DNA of 24,000 bases from Vagococcus xieshaowenii (GCF_004792515.1 NZ_CP038865.1:1218770-1242769), one strand, 5' to 3'. Shown: positions 8,398 through 22,587, numbered from the stretch's first letter. Translations and numbers: made by a program. The notes: a model not told the origin generated them from the letters alone.

Positions 8398-9279
8398 TTA
8401 ACCTCTATTCATAAATTCTATTGGATTATCTTCCAGCATTTTATTAATAAACGATTCTGAAACACCTGTTTCTAATGCCAATGGCACAAATGTATCTAAC
8501 AAGTAAGAATAGCCAATGCCACCCATATACTCTAAATTTGACTTTCTTGTTATATCCATTGAAAGAAATACTTTATCAGTAAAGCCTCTTTTTTCAATTT
8601 CTAGTAACATTTCAGTTCTCAATTTGTCTGGTTGATAATTTTCTTTACCAATTGTGTCAAACTCAACATAGACACCTTGATCCAGCATATGTAGAATATA
8701 GTCAATATCACCTGTTAAATCTACATGTCCAATAACTACTTTTGACAACTCAACCTGATGATTTTTGAAAAACTCAACCTGCTCATGTCCATAAGTTCCA
8801 AGAGTCGTGTGAGTAGTAATTGGTACCCCAGTTTCTTTATGAGCTAACACGGATGCTGAAAACACCTTACGTTCATTTTCAGTCATGACGTTCTTACTTG
8901 TCCCAATTTCACCAATAATTTGAGCTCTAATATTTGTATCAGCAATTCCACAATTAATTTCTTTTACCATAAAATCAGAAAGGTCTTTAATGGAATAATC
9001 AGTTACAAAATCTGGTAAAAACTTATCTTGATAAAAACCTGTTGCTTGAACGATATTCATACCAGTTTCTTTTGCTACTCGTTCTACATATTGAGGATTT
9101 CTTCTCATATCCATATTGGTAACATCAACAATATTACGTACACCTTTAGAATACAATTTTTTGTATTCTTTTACAGTTTCTTCATAACAATTTAAATTAG
9201 TATCATCAATATTTTTTAATCGAGATAAATCGATAGTGGTATGTTCATGCATGTATGTTATGCCTTTTTTTAGTACCAT
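8398..9279 (-). CDS. php: Phosphotriesterase-homology protein (Php, amidohydrolase superfamily TIM barrel)
   Basis: GITYMHEHTTIDLS carries the HxH metal motif, and later His and Asp ligands are present (GHVD, SMDITR). The start was re-called to ATG 9279 because AAGGAG lies 9 nt upstream. The track TTG at 9303 would overlap yhfT. The result is 293 aa. Confidence 0.85.
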   Translation of the reverse strand: MVLKKGITYMHEHTTIDLSRLKNIDDTNLNCYEETVKEYKKLYSKGVRNIVDVTNMDMRRNPQYVERVAKETGMNIVQATGFYQDKFLPDFVTDYSIKDLSDFMVKEINCGIADTNIRAQIIGEIGTSKNVMTENERKVFSASVLAHKETGVPITTHTTLGTYGHEQVEFFKNHQVELSKVVIGHVDLTGDIDYILHMLDQGVYVEFDTIGKENYQPDKLRTEMLLEIEKRGFTDKVFLSMDITRKSNLEYMGGIGYSYLLDTFVPLALETGVSESFINKMLEDNPIEFMNRG

Positions 9280-9292
9280 GTAATTACACTCC

Positions 9293-10609
9293 TTATCCAC
9301 CAACTACTGGGGTAAATAAACCAATCAAGTTTAATATATTTACAATAATACCCAAAGTAATTGCAGCAATAGGTCCCACTGCTAAATCAACAACTGGTTT
9401 TTTAGCTTTTCTATTTAGCAACAGTAACCCAATAACCCAGAAATAACCAATTCCCGGTGCAATCGACTCTGAAGCCATTGCGCCACCAATTAATAAAGCA
9501 ACTTCTAAAACTTTATTCATAGAGGTTCTTATATGTTCTCCCATTTCTCTAATACCTGGGAATTTATCCAATGCTTTTGCCATCAATGATAACAGTTGAA
9601 CTTCAATAAACATTGCTAACGCACCCACTATAAAGGCTAAAATCGGATTATCTTTTAATAAAATACCAATTACAAAAACAAACGTTGTACCAGCTGGGCT
9701 ATACACACCTGTAACAATAGCTGTTGAAAATACTAAAGGAATAAATCCAATTCCACGAGCAAAAGCCGCTAATGCAGCCTCACTGTATTTACCTTCAGAT
9801 AACAAGTTAAGAGAAATAGGATCCCCTGCAATAATTAATAGACTAGATGCTGCCGAAACCAGTCCACCCATCAATGATAACCAAATCCAATTACGTTTAA
9901 TTCTATTAACACGTTCTAAGAATACACTTACTAAACTTTCATTTGAATTACTACCATCACCTTTTACTTTAATAGCATAGTAGATCATGAAAATCATTCC
10001 AACGAGTAATGACATTCCTTCTGCACTTAAAGTTAAAGACGCACCATTTGCAAGATTAAATGTACCATATTGCTTAACAGCAAATAATGTTAACAATGTG
10101 GCAATAAATGAAATTGCACCTTTCTTAAAGCCGTGTTGACTAGCTACCGCTACCGCTGGAAAAATACTAAAAGAAATGACTACTGGTGATCCAACTTGAG
10201 ATAATGAATCAATAAAGTTTACTGGCATTTTAGCAAATAAATCAACAACTGCTTGTAAACCAAGTACTAAAGCTACACCATAGATAGCACCTACAATCCC
10301 CGATATCACTAATCCCTTTTTACCTTCTGGAGCCCATGAACCAATAATATCCGTCATCAACAAGACACTATGAACTAATAGGATTGAAGCACCAATTGAA
10401 ACAGGAATACCAAAACCAATTACTAAACCAAAACTTAGTGCAAAACTTGTTGCTGCTAATTCTTTCTTACCAATCTTTTTTTCTAAAAATTCAGGAACAA
10501 TCGGTCTTAAGCCATCATTAAAAACGGCAATACCCTTGTTCGCTAATATCGAACTCATACCACCTAAGAGTGCAATGGCGATTAACTCAATAATTTTCGT
10601 AGACGTCAT
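9293..10609 (-). CDS. yhfT: Polytopic membrane protein (YhfT family), putative transporter
   Basis: The protein is highly hydrophobic with many predicted TM helices and is about 438 aa, which fits YhfT. The start was re-called to ATG 10609 (SD AGGTGA 5 nt upstream) instead of GTG 10618. Confidence 0.8.
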   Translation of the reverse strand: MTSTKIIELIAIALLGGMSSILANKGIAVFNDGLRPIVPEFLEKKIGKKELAATSFALSFGLVIGFGIPVSIGASILLVHSVLLMTDIIGSWAPEGKKGLVISGIVGAIYGVALVLGLQAVVDLFAKMPVNFIDSLSQVGSPVVISFSIFPAVAVASQHGFKKGAISFIATLLTLFAVKQYGTFNLANGASLTLSAEGMSLLVGMIFMIYYAIKVKGDGSNSNESLVSVFLERVNRIKRNWIWLSLMGGLVSAASSLLIIAGDPISLNLLSEGKYSEAALAAFARGIGFIPLVFSTAIVTGVYSPAGTTFVFVIGILLKDNPILAFIVGALAMFIEVQLLSLMAKALDKFPGIREMGEHIRTSMNKVLEVALLIGGAMASESIAPGIGYFWVIGLLLLNRKAKKPVVDLAVGPIAAITLGIIVNILNLIGLFTPVVGG

Positions 10610-10631
10610 TTGTTTCACCTATTCCTTATTT

Positions 10632-10991
10632 TTATTTACCAAGCTCATCAATAATGATTGGTATAACGATATCTTTATGTTGCGCAGTAAAACCAAATGC
10701 TCTTTTTCCAGATTTGATTTGAGCTCTAATATCATCTTCAGACATCACATTTCCTGGCATTGAAACAGTTACACAATTATCATGTCCTAGCAATGCTAAC
10801 GCCATGGCTAAGGCACCACCACCACCTGTATTACAAGCACCTAAATAATAGTCAGCTTGACCATTTTTTACTGCCATGGCCGCGTCAAGATCACTTTTAA
10901 CTTCGATTTCAAATCTTCCTTCAGAATATTTTTCAACAAGATTTTTTACCTCTTCTTTATCGATTTGACCACCAATTACAATTTTCTTCAT
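10632..10991 (-). CDS. yhfU: DUF2620 protein (YhfU family)
   Basis: The sequence is MKKIVIGGQIDKEE...YYLGACNTGGGGALAMALALLG. The start was re-called to ATG 10991 (SD AAGAAAGAGGGA 8 nt upstream). The 20-codon extension in the track has no SD. The result is 119 aa, and it is the first gene of the operon. Confidence 0.8.
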   Translation of the reverse strand: MKKIVIGGQIDKEEVKNLVEKYSEGRFEIEVKSDLDAAMAVKNGQADYYLGACNTGGGGALAMALALLGHDNCVTVSMPGNVMSEDDIRAQIKSGKRAFGFTAQHKDIVIPIIIDELGK

Positions 10992-11060
10992 AAATAATCC
11001 CTCTTTCTTAATATACATTTTTTTGTACATTGATGTTTGAAATAACATCATTACACGTTC

Positions 11061-11088
11061 ATTATATCAATATTTTATTTTTTTGCAA
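11061..11088 (-). promoter_or_regulatory. Sigma-A promoter of the yhf-like operon
   Basis: On the minus strand, TTGCAA (11088-11083) is followed by a 16-nt spacer and an extended -10, TGATATAAT (hexamer 11066-11061). It lies about 60-70 nt upstream of ATG 10991. Confidence 0.55.
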
Positions 11089-11204
11089 GCCTTTTCAAAA
11101 GAAACTATTGTAATAATAAATAATTTACTAATAGTAGAATTAACCTATAATTTTTATTGTAGCATTAATCTAAAACGTAACTAATTACAATTAATCAATA
11201 ATAA

Positions 11205-11242
11205 ATAGCCAATAACATTGAAGTAATAATGTTTTTGGCTAT
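11205..11242 (-). terminator. Probable terminator of the bgl/M20 operon
   Basis: A 15-bp stem with one mismatch pairs atagccaataacatt (11205-11219) with aatgtttttggctat (11228-11242) around an 8-nt loop. On the minus strand it is followed by the T-rich TTATTATTGATT, which is not a clean U-tract. Confidence 0.55.
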
Positions 11243-11360
11243 AGTAAAATTAAACCATACTGTCTTTCATTGAAGTATTAGTAAAGATGTTATTTGAAAT
11301 AATAAGATTAATATGTCTATTAAAATCAAATTCATATGAAGATTATATAATTTATATATT

Positions 11361-12545
11361 TTAATCAACTTTTTCCATTAATTTTAAAACTATCTCGCCT
11401 ATCACTTGAGATATTAATAAAAGACTACCTTCATCAATATTAAATTTGGGATGATGGTGAGGATAGCCAATTTCATTTTCTGGCTTGGCTCCAACTAGCA
11501 AGAAACAACTCGGGGCAATTGTTCGATAGTAACAAAAATCTTCCGAAGCAGTAACTCTATAATCAGTCAATATATTAATGTGATTTGATATATTAATGTC
11601 TCTTATTATGTTAGTGACATCACTCATTTTTATTGGATCGTTATATACCTCTTCATAATCATGATTATAATCAAGTTCAAATTCAATATCAAACATTATC
11701 GAAATACCTTTTAATATTCGAACAAATTCTTCTTTAATTTTTTTGCTTGTAGCGCTATTAAAAGTTCGAATATCACCACAAATTTTGACAGTTTCTTGAA
11801 TCACATTAAAACTTCCAGAGCCTTCTACACTTCCAATTGTTAATGTTGCAGGTTCCAAAGGGTCAACTCTTCTACTAATAATTGATTGAACAGCTGTCTG
11901 AAAAAAAGCAACTGCCAAATTAGTATCTTTTGCTAAATGAGGAGCACTTCCATGACCTCCGCACCCTTTAAAGAGAACACTAAAATGATCACGTCTAGTC
12001 ATTATACTACCTGGAGTACATGAAATAGTGCCTAATGGTAATAAACTCCACAAATGTGCTCCAATAAAAAAATCCACATCGTCAACTAGCCCTGAATTAA
12101 TAATTGATTGTGCACCGCCCGGTGGTATTTCTTCAGCTGCTTGATGAATAATTTTAATTGTTCCATTCCACTTATCTTTATAAGTAATTAGTGCTTCTGC
12201 TAGCACCATTAAGTACGCGGTATGGCCATCATGACCACACGCATGCATTACTCCATTATTTTTTGATGAAAAGGATAATCCTGTTTCTTCTAGTATAGCT
12301 AGCGCATCAAAATCTGCTCTAATTCCAATAACATTTCCTGGTTTTTGTCCATTTATTGTTACTACAATCCCGTTACTATTCGGATCCTTTTCAACTAAAC
12401 AATCTTTGGTCGAATAATAATCATAAATATAATTAGATGTTTGAAATTCATTAAATGATAGTTCTGGATTTTCATGTAAATAGCGTCTAATAGAAATCAT
12501 TTTTTTCTCATTATCTTCAAGAAATTTATTAATGTAGTTATTCAT
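11361..12545 (-). CDS. M20D-family amidohydrolase (N-acyl-amino-acid amidohydrolase / hippurate hydrolase type)
   Basis: The MHACGHDGHTA metal-binding motif, the 394-aa length and the N-terminal RRYLHENPELSF are all typical of M20D (the YxeP, AmhX and ILR1 group). AGGAGG lies 5 nt before the ATG. The gap after the bglA stop is only 20 nt and contains no hairpin, so the genes are co-transcribed. Confidence 0.85.
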   Translation of the reverse strand: MNNYINKFLEDNEKKMISIRRYLHENPELSFNEFQTSNYIYDYYSTKDCLVEKDPNSNGIVVTINGQKPGNVIGIRADFDALAILEETGLSFSSKNNGVMHACGHDGHTAYLMVLAEALITYKDKWNGTIKIIHQAAEEIPPGGAQSIINSGLVDDVDFFIGAHLWSLLPLGTISCTPGSIMTRRDHFSVLFKGCGGHGSAPHLAKDTNLAVAFFQTAVQSIISRRVDPLEPATLTIGSVEGSGSFNVIQETVKICGDIRTFNSATSKKIKEEFVRILKGISIMFDIEFELDYNHDYEEVYNDPIKMSDVTNIIRDINISNHINILTDYRVTASEDFCYYRTIAPSCFLLVGAKPENEIGYPHHHPKFNIDEGSLLLISQVIGEIVLKLMEKVD

Positions 12546-12565
12546 ACAGCCTCCTACTTTCTGTA

Positions 12566-15869
<3,304 letters not shown>

Positions 15870-15874
15870 ATTCA

Positions 15875-16708
15875 TTACTCCTTATCTAATATTCTTTGAA
15901 CATGCAGTGTTAAATATATTTTTTCATCTTGATTTGCTTTATATGAATATTCCTCTTCTATAAATTTGGATATTTTTTCTACACAAGAGTATGCTTCTTT
16001 GTATTTTTCTTGAATTACTTCTGCCAAATCATTAAATTTTTCAGTTGATTCTTCACTATTCATTACTCGGATTGTAAAAAATTTCAGGTGTGTAATAAAT
16101 CTTTGATAATATATTGAATTTTCATCATAGTTTAATTCAAAATGGTATTTGATAATATTTAATATTGCATTCATCAGCCTCGTGGATTTATGAACATTAT
16201 AAAAATCCAAACTTGTAGTTGCTGTAATTATATGCCAAGTAATAAAACCTGCTTCATCTTCATTAAAATCACATTCTAGAGTAGCATTAACTAAATCTAA
16301 AATATCCAATGCAATACTAAACTCTTTTTGATAAAAATTTTTAATTTCGAATAACATCGGATTGTCGATCAATAGATTAATTTCTTTCCTTTTAAGTAAC
16401 ATTGTTAAATGGTCTGATAATGTCACATATAATGTATCACTAACTTCAAGTCCATAACTACCTCTTAATAACGAGACTATATTATCAACCAAATCAAATA
16501 TTTCTAATGGAACGTCTACCAAGATATGTTGTAGTTTGTTTCTGATTTCATCATTATCAATAGTAAATTTTTTTTCTGCTTTTTCGATATCAACAGGATC
16601 TCCAACTTTTCTCTCCCAACCAATTCCAACTCCTGTATAAATCACCTCATTTCCTAATTCATCAATAGTTACAACCGCATTATTATTTAGCTTCTTTTTG
16701 ATTCTCAT
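15875..16708 (-). CDS. licT: BglG/LicT-family transcriptional antiterminator (CAT + 2 PRD)
   Basis: The N-terminus MRIKKKLNNNAVVT...GVGIGW is a CAT RNA-binding domain, and the 277-aa length with two PRD-like halves fits the family. The SD is AAAGGAGG. A RAT element lies upstream. Confidence 0.9.
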   Translation of the reverse strand: MRIKKKLNNNAVVTIDELGNEVIYTGVGIGWERKVGDPVDIEKAEKKFTIDNDEIRNKLQHILVDVPLEIFDLVDNIVSLLRGSYGLEVSDTLYVTLSDHLTMLLKRKEINLLIDNPMLFEIKNFYQKEFSIALDILDLVNATLECDFNEDEAGFITWHIITATTSLDFYNVHKSTRLMNAILNIIKYHFELNYDENSIYYQRFITHLKFFTIRVMNSEESTEKFNDLAEVIQEKYKEAYSCVEKISKFIEEEYSYKANQDEKIYLTLHVQRILDKE

Positions 16709-16722
16709 GATAACCTCCTTTC

Positions 16723-16790
16723 AAAAAAAAGAGACCTATCTAGAAAAAAGCACACAAAGAAATCTTGTGTTGCTCTTATCTAAATAGGTC
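16723..16790 (-). terminator. Conditional (antiterminator-controlled) leader terminator of the bgl operon
   Basis: On the minus strand, GGACCTATTTAGA...TCTAGATAGGTCTC forms a long hairpin with an inner CACAAGA/TTTGTG stem, followed by T8 (the A-run at 16723-16730 on the plus strand). Its 5' arm overlaps the 3' end of the RAT. Confidence 0.8.
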
Positions 16791-16816
16791 CAGCTTGCAT
16801 TTGCAATTACTATCCT
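16782..16816 (-). promoter_or_regulatory. RAT (ribonucleic antiterminator) element, LicT/BglG binding site
   Basis: The minus-strand sequence is AGGATAGTAATTGCAAATGCAAGCTGGACCTATTT. The B. subtilis RAT pattern is GGATTGTTACTGC-loop-GCAGGCAAAACCTAAA. The two share the GGAT.GT.A.TGC / GCA.GC...ACCTA architecture and the overlap with the terminator. Confidence 0.8.
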
Positions 16817-16859
16817 ACAAAAAGATAATGATATTTAATATTTATTATTTATATAAATC

Positions 16860-16888
16860 ATTATAACGGGTATTTTTAAGAAAGTAAA
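16860..16888 (-). promoter_or_regulatory. Sigma-A promoter of the bgl operon
   Basis: On the minus strand, TTTACT (16888-16883) is followed by a 17-nt spacer and a perfect TATAAT (16865-16860). The RAT begins about 35-40 nt downstream of the predicted start. Confidence 0.6.
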
Positions 16889-17054
16889 CAGATTGTTTAA
16901 AAACTAATGGGTTATTTGATCTGAAGATTCGATTGTTAAATTAGAAATTGTGTGAGTAATAATCGATTTTTAATCTATAATAAATAAACTCTTACACCCT
17001 TAGAATTTATAATACTAGCTATTAATGGACACACCCTATATTAAAAATATATAA

Positions 17055-17142
17055 CTCAAATGTATCAAAGGGCGTATCCAAAGTAATTTTAGGCAAAAAA
17101 AATAAGCTATAAATTCTGATTTAACAACGTTTATAGCTTATT
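17055..17142. repeat. Right copy of the imperfect direct repeat (includes the sufB terminator)
   Basis: See the left copy for the shared blocks. This copy also contains a local tandem, tgtatcaaag / cgtatccaaag. Confidence 0.5.
17095..17141 (-). terminator. Rho-independent terminator of the suf operon
   Basis: A perfect 12-bp stem pairs ataagctataaa (17102-17113) with tttatagcttat (17130-17141) around a 16-nt loop. The A-run at 17095-17101 gives the U-tail on the minus strand. It starts 7 nt after the sufB stop. Confidence 0.75.
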
Positions 17143-17148
17143 TAGAAA

Positions 17149-18543
17149 TTAACCTACACTACCTTCCATCTCATATGAGATCAATCGATTTAATTCCACC
17201 GCATATTCCATCGGTAATTCTTTGGTGAATGGTTCAACGAATCCCATGACAATCATCTCGGTTGCTTGTTCTTCTGATAAACCTCGGCTCATCAAGTAGT
17301 ACAATTGTTCTTCAGAGATTTTTGAGACTTTCGCTTCATGTTCTAAAGCGACTTGGCTGTTATGAATTTCATTAAATGGAATCGTATCTGATTTCGATAA
17401 GTTATCCATGATAATCGTATCACATTCGATATGTGAGATTGATCCTTGGCTTTCTTTACCAAATGTTACTTGTCCACGGTAGTTTACTTCCCCACCGCCA
17501 CGTGCGATTGATTTAGAAACAATCGAACTAGACGTATTTGGTGCGTTATGAATCATTTTAGCACCAGTATCTTGGATTTGTCCTTTATTCGCAAAGGCCA
17601 CTGTTAACATCGTACCACGAGCCCCACGGCCATTAAGTTGAACACTTGGGTATTTCATTGTTGTTTTGGCACCAATGTTACCATCAATCCATTCAACTGT
17701 TGCGTTTTCCATTGCACGCGCACGTTTTGTAACTAAGTTGTAGACGTTATCTGACCAGTTTTGAATCGTTGTGTAACGACAATAAGCGTCTTTCAACGTA
17801 AAGATTTCAACAATCGCCGCATGTAAACTATTCGTTGAATAGGTAGGTGCCGTACAGCCTTCTACATAATGCACACTTGCGCCCTCATCAACGATAATTA
17901 ATGTACGTTCAAATTGTCCCATGTTTTCGTCGTTAATACGGAAGTAAGTTTGTAATGGTACTTCCACTTTAACGCCTTTAGGTACATAGATAAAGGTTCC
18001 ACCTGACCATACAGCTGAATTAAGTGCTGCTAGTTTATTATCCGTTGGCGGAACTAATTTTGAGAAGTATTCTTTGAATAAATCTGGATATTCTTTTAAC
18101 GCTGAATCTGTGTCTGTAAATACTACACCCATCTTCTCAAATTCTTCTTTCATATTGTGGTATACCACTTCTGATTCATACTGCGCTGAAGCACCTGACA
18201 AATACTTTTGTTCAGCTTCTGGAATCCCTAAACGCTCGAAGGTTTCTTTTATTTTTTCTGGAACATCTTCCCAATCACGCGCTGGATTGTTACTTGATTT
18301 TTTGTAATAGGTAATCGCATCAAAGTCGATATCTGATAAATCAGGTCCCCACTCTTGCATCGCCATGTTATTAAATGCTTCTAATGAACGTAAACGGAAA
18401 TCAAGCATCCATTCTGGCTCATTTTTAACACGTGAAATTTCACGTACAATTTCTTCACTTAGTCCTTTACCTGTTGTATAGACAGGTTTGACATCATCAC
18501 GAAAACCAAATTGGTAATCGCCAACTACAGGTACATCCGTCAT
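17149..18543 (-). CDS. sufB: Fe-S cluster assembly scaffold protein SufB
   Basis: The sequence [22 protein letters not shown]...[10 protein letters not shown]... is strongly SufB-like. The start was re-called to ATG 18543 (SD GAAGGAGTG 7 nt upstream and overlapping the sufU stop) instead of the track start at 18567. Confidence 0.95.
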   Translation of the reverse strand: MTDVPVVGDYQFGFRDDVKPVYTTGKGLSEEIVREISRVKNEPEWMLDFRLRSLEAFNNMAMQEWGPDLSDIDFDAITYYKKSSNNPARDWEDVPEKIKETFERLGIPEAEQKYLSGASAQYESEVVYHNMKEEFEKMGVVFTDTDSALKEYPDLFKEYFSKLVPPTDNKLAALNSAVWSGGTFIYVPKGVKVEVPLQTYFRINDENMGQFERTLIIVDEGASVHYVEGCTAPTYSTNSLHAAIVEIFTLKDAYCRYTTIQNWSDNVYNLVTKRARAMENATVEWIDGNIGAKTTMKYPSVQLNGRGARGTMLTVAFANKGQIQDTGAKMIHNAPNTSSSIVSKSIARGGGEVNYRGQVTFGKESQGSISHIECDTIIMDNLSKSDTIPFNEIHNSQVALEHEAKVSKISEEQLYYLMSRGLSEEQATEMIVMGFVEPFTKELPMEYAVELNRLISYEMEGSVG

Positions 18544-18548
18544 TGTCT

Positions 18549-21532
<2,984 letters not shown>

Positions 21533-21544
21533 TTTTGTCACTCC

Positions 21545-22312
21545 TTATTCTTCAGTTAATTCGATTCCTAATTCAGCGCTAATACCTGCATAACCTTCTG
21601 CTTCTAAACGACGTGCTAAATCAGCATCGCCTGTTTTAACGACACGTCCATCCATCATGATGTGAACCACGTCTGGTGTAATGTAGTTTAATAAGCGTTG
21701 GTAATGGGTAATAATTAACGCACCAAAGTTTTCTCCACGCATTTCGTTAATCCCTTTTGATACCACTTTAAGCGCATCAATATCTAAACCTGAGTCAATT
21801 TCATCCAAAATAGCGAATGTTGGCTCTAACATTAATAATTGTAAAATTTCGTTACGTTTTTTCTCGCCACCTGAGAATCCTTCATTTAAATAACGTTCTG
21901 CCATTTCTTCAGACATGTCTAATAATGCCATTTTTTCATCTAATTTTGTGATGAAATCCATAACAGAAATTTTATCTTCATCTTCTTTACCTGAGTTCAT
22001 TGCCGCACGCATGAATTCTGCGTTTGTGATACCAGGAATTTCACTTGGGTATTGCATTGCTAAAAAGACACCAGCACGTGCACGTTCATCAACTTCTAAC
22101 TCTAATAGGTTAACTCCGTCTAATAAGACTTCCCCTTGGGTTACTTCATAGTTTGGGTGCCCCATAATAGCGGCTGATAATGTTGATTTACCCGTTCCGT
22201 TAGGTCCCATGATAGCGTGAATTTCATTTGTGTTAATAACTAAGTTAACACCTTTTAATATTTCTTTATCTTCTATGCTAACATGCAAATCTTTTATTTC
22301 TAAAACTGCCAT
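21545..22312 (-). CDS. sufC: Fe-S cluster assembly ATPase SufC
   Basis: Walker A GPNGTGKST, the signature NEGFSGGEKKR and Walker B FAILDEIDSGLD are present. GGAGGG lies 9 nt before the ATG. Confidence 0.95.
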   Translation of the reverse strand: MAVLEIKDLHVSIEDKEILKGVNLVINTNEIHAIMGPNGTGKSTLSAAIMGHPNYEVTQGEVLLDGVNLLELEVDERARAGVFLAMQYPSEIPGITNAEFMRAAMNSGKEDEDKISVMDFITKLDEKMALLDMSEEMAERYLNEGFSGGEKKRNEILQLLMLEPTFAILDEIDSGLDIDALKVVSKGINEMRGENFGALIITHYQRLLNYITPDVVHIMMDGRVVKTGDADLARRLEAEGYAGISAELGIELTEE

Positions 22313-22351
22313 GTATTATTTCCCTCCATTGTCACTATATTTTATCATTGT

Positions 22352-22369
22352 GATACAACTAATTGTATC
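22352..22369. promoter_or_regulatory. Operator-like inverted repeat GATACAA-N4-TTGTATC overlapping the suf -10
   Basis: The sequence gatacaactaattgtatc has perfect 7-bp arms. It covers the TACAAT -10 hexamer. Confidence 0.4.
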
Positions 22370-22390
22370 TTAATTGAAAATGAAATTCAA
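22362..22390 (-). promoter_or_regulatory. Candidate sigma-A promoter of the suf operon
   Basis: On the minus strand, TTGAAT (22390-22385) is followed by a 17-nt spacer and TACAAT (22367-22362). An alternative extended -10, TGATAAAAT, lies at about 22340-22348. Confidence 0.5.
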
Positions 22391-22510
22391 TGATTGAACG
22401 CTCAAAACATTGTAATTTTAAGGCTTTCGCCTAAAAACAGGGGTGTTTCTAGATAATAATCATTATAAACTGTTGATAGACATGAAAGTGCTTTAGTTTT
22501 TAATTTTTAC

Positions 22511-22549
22511 AAAATAAAAAAAGACATATGGACCATTGCCATACATCTT
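22511..22549 (-). terminator. Terminator of the small-ORF transcription unit
   Basis: On the minus strand, AAGAUGUAUGG pairs with CCAUAUGUCUU in an 11-bp stem with two G-U pairs and a 7-nt loop, followed by TTTTTTATTTT. Confidence 0.7.
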
Positions 22550-22587
22550 TGTTCTTAAATAGTTATTCTTCTTAATTAAATATGTTA

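Noticed and set aside
10992-11060. Search for a cre (CcpA) site or a GntR-type operator in the yhf-like leader and the bgl promoter region
   Set aside because: The closest candidates (TGAACGTGTAATGA, ACATCAATGT) fit the cre consensus poorly or have only 4-bp arms. They are not supportable.
16891-17037. Short direct repeats upstream of the bgl promoter (GATTGTT at 16891 and 16931; ACACCCT at 16994 and 17031) as activator sites
   Set aside because: My rough estimate is that a few 7-mer repeats within about 170 nt of AT-rich DNA are expected by chance. There is no palindromic structure and no match to a cre or other consensus I know.
22418-22440. Small GC hairpin aggc-tttc-gcct with A/T flanks in the suf upstream region, considered as a terminator or riboswitch stem
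   Set aside because: The core stem is only 4 bp, there is no adjacent U-tract on either strand, and it resembles no riboswitch class I know. It is probably incidental.
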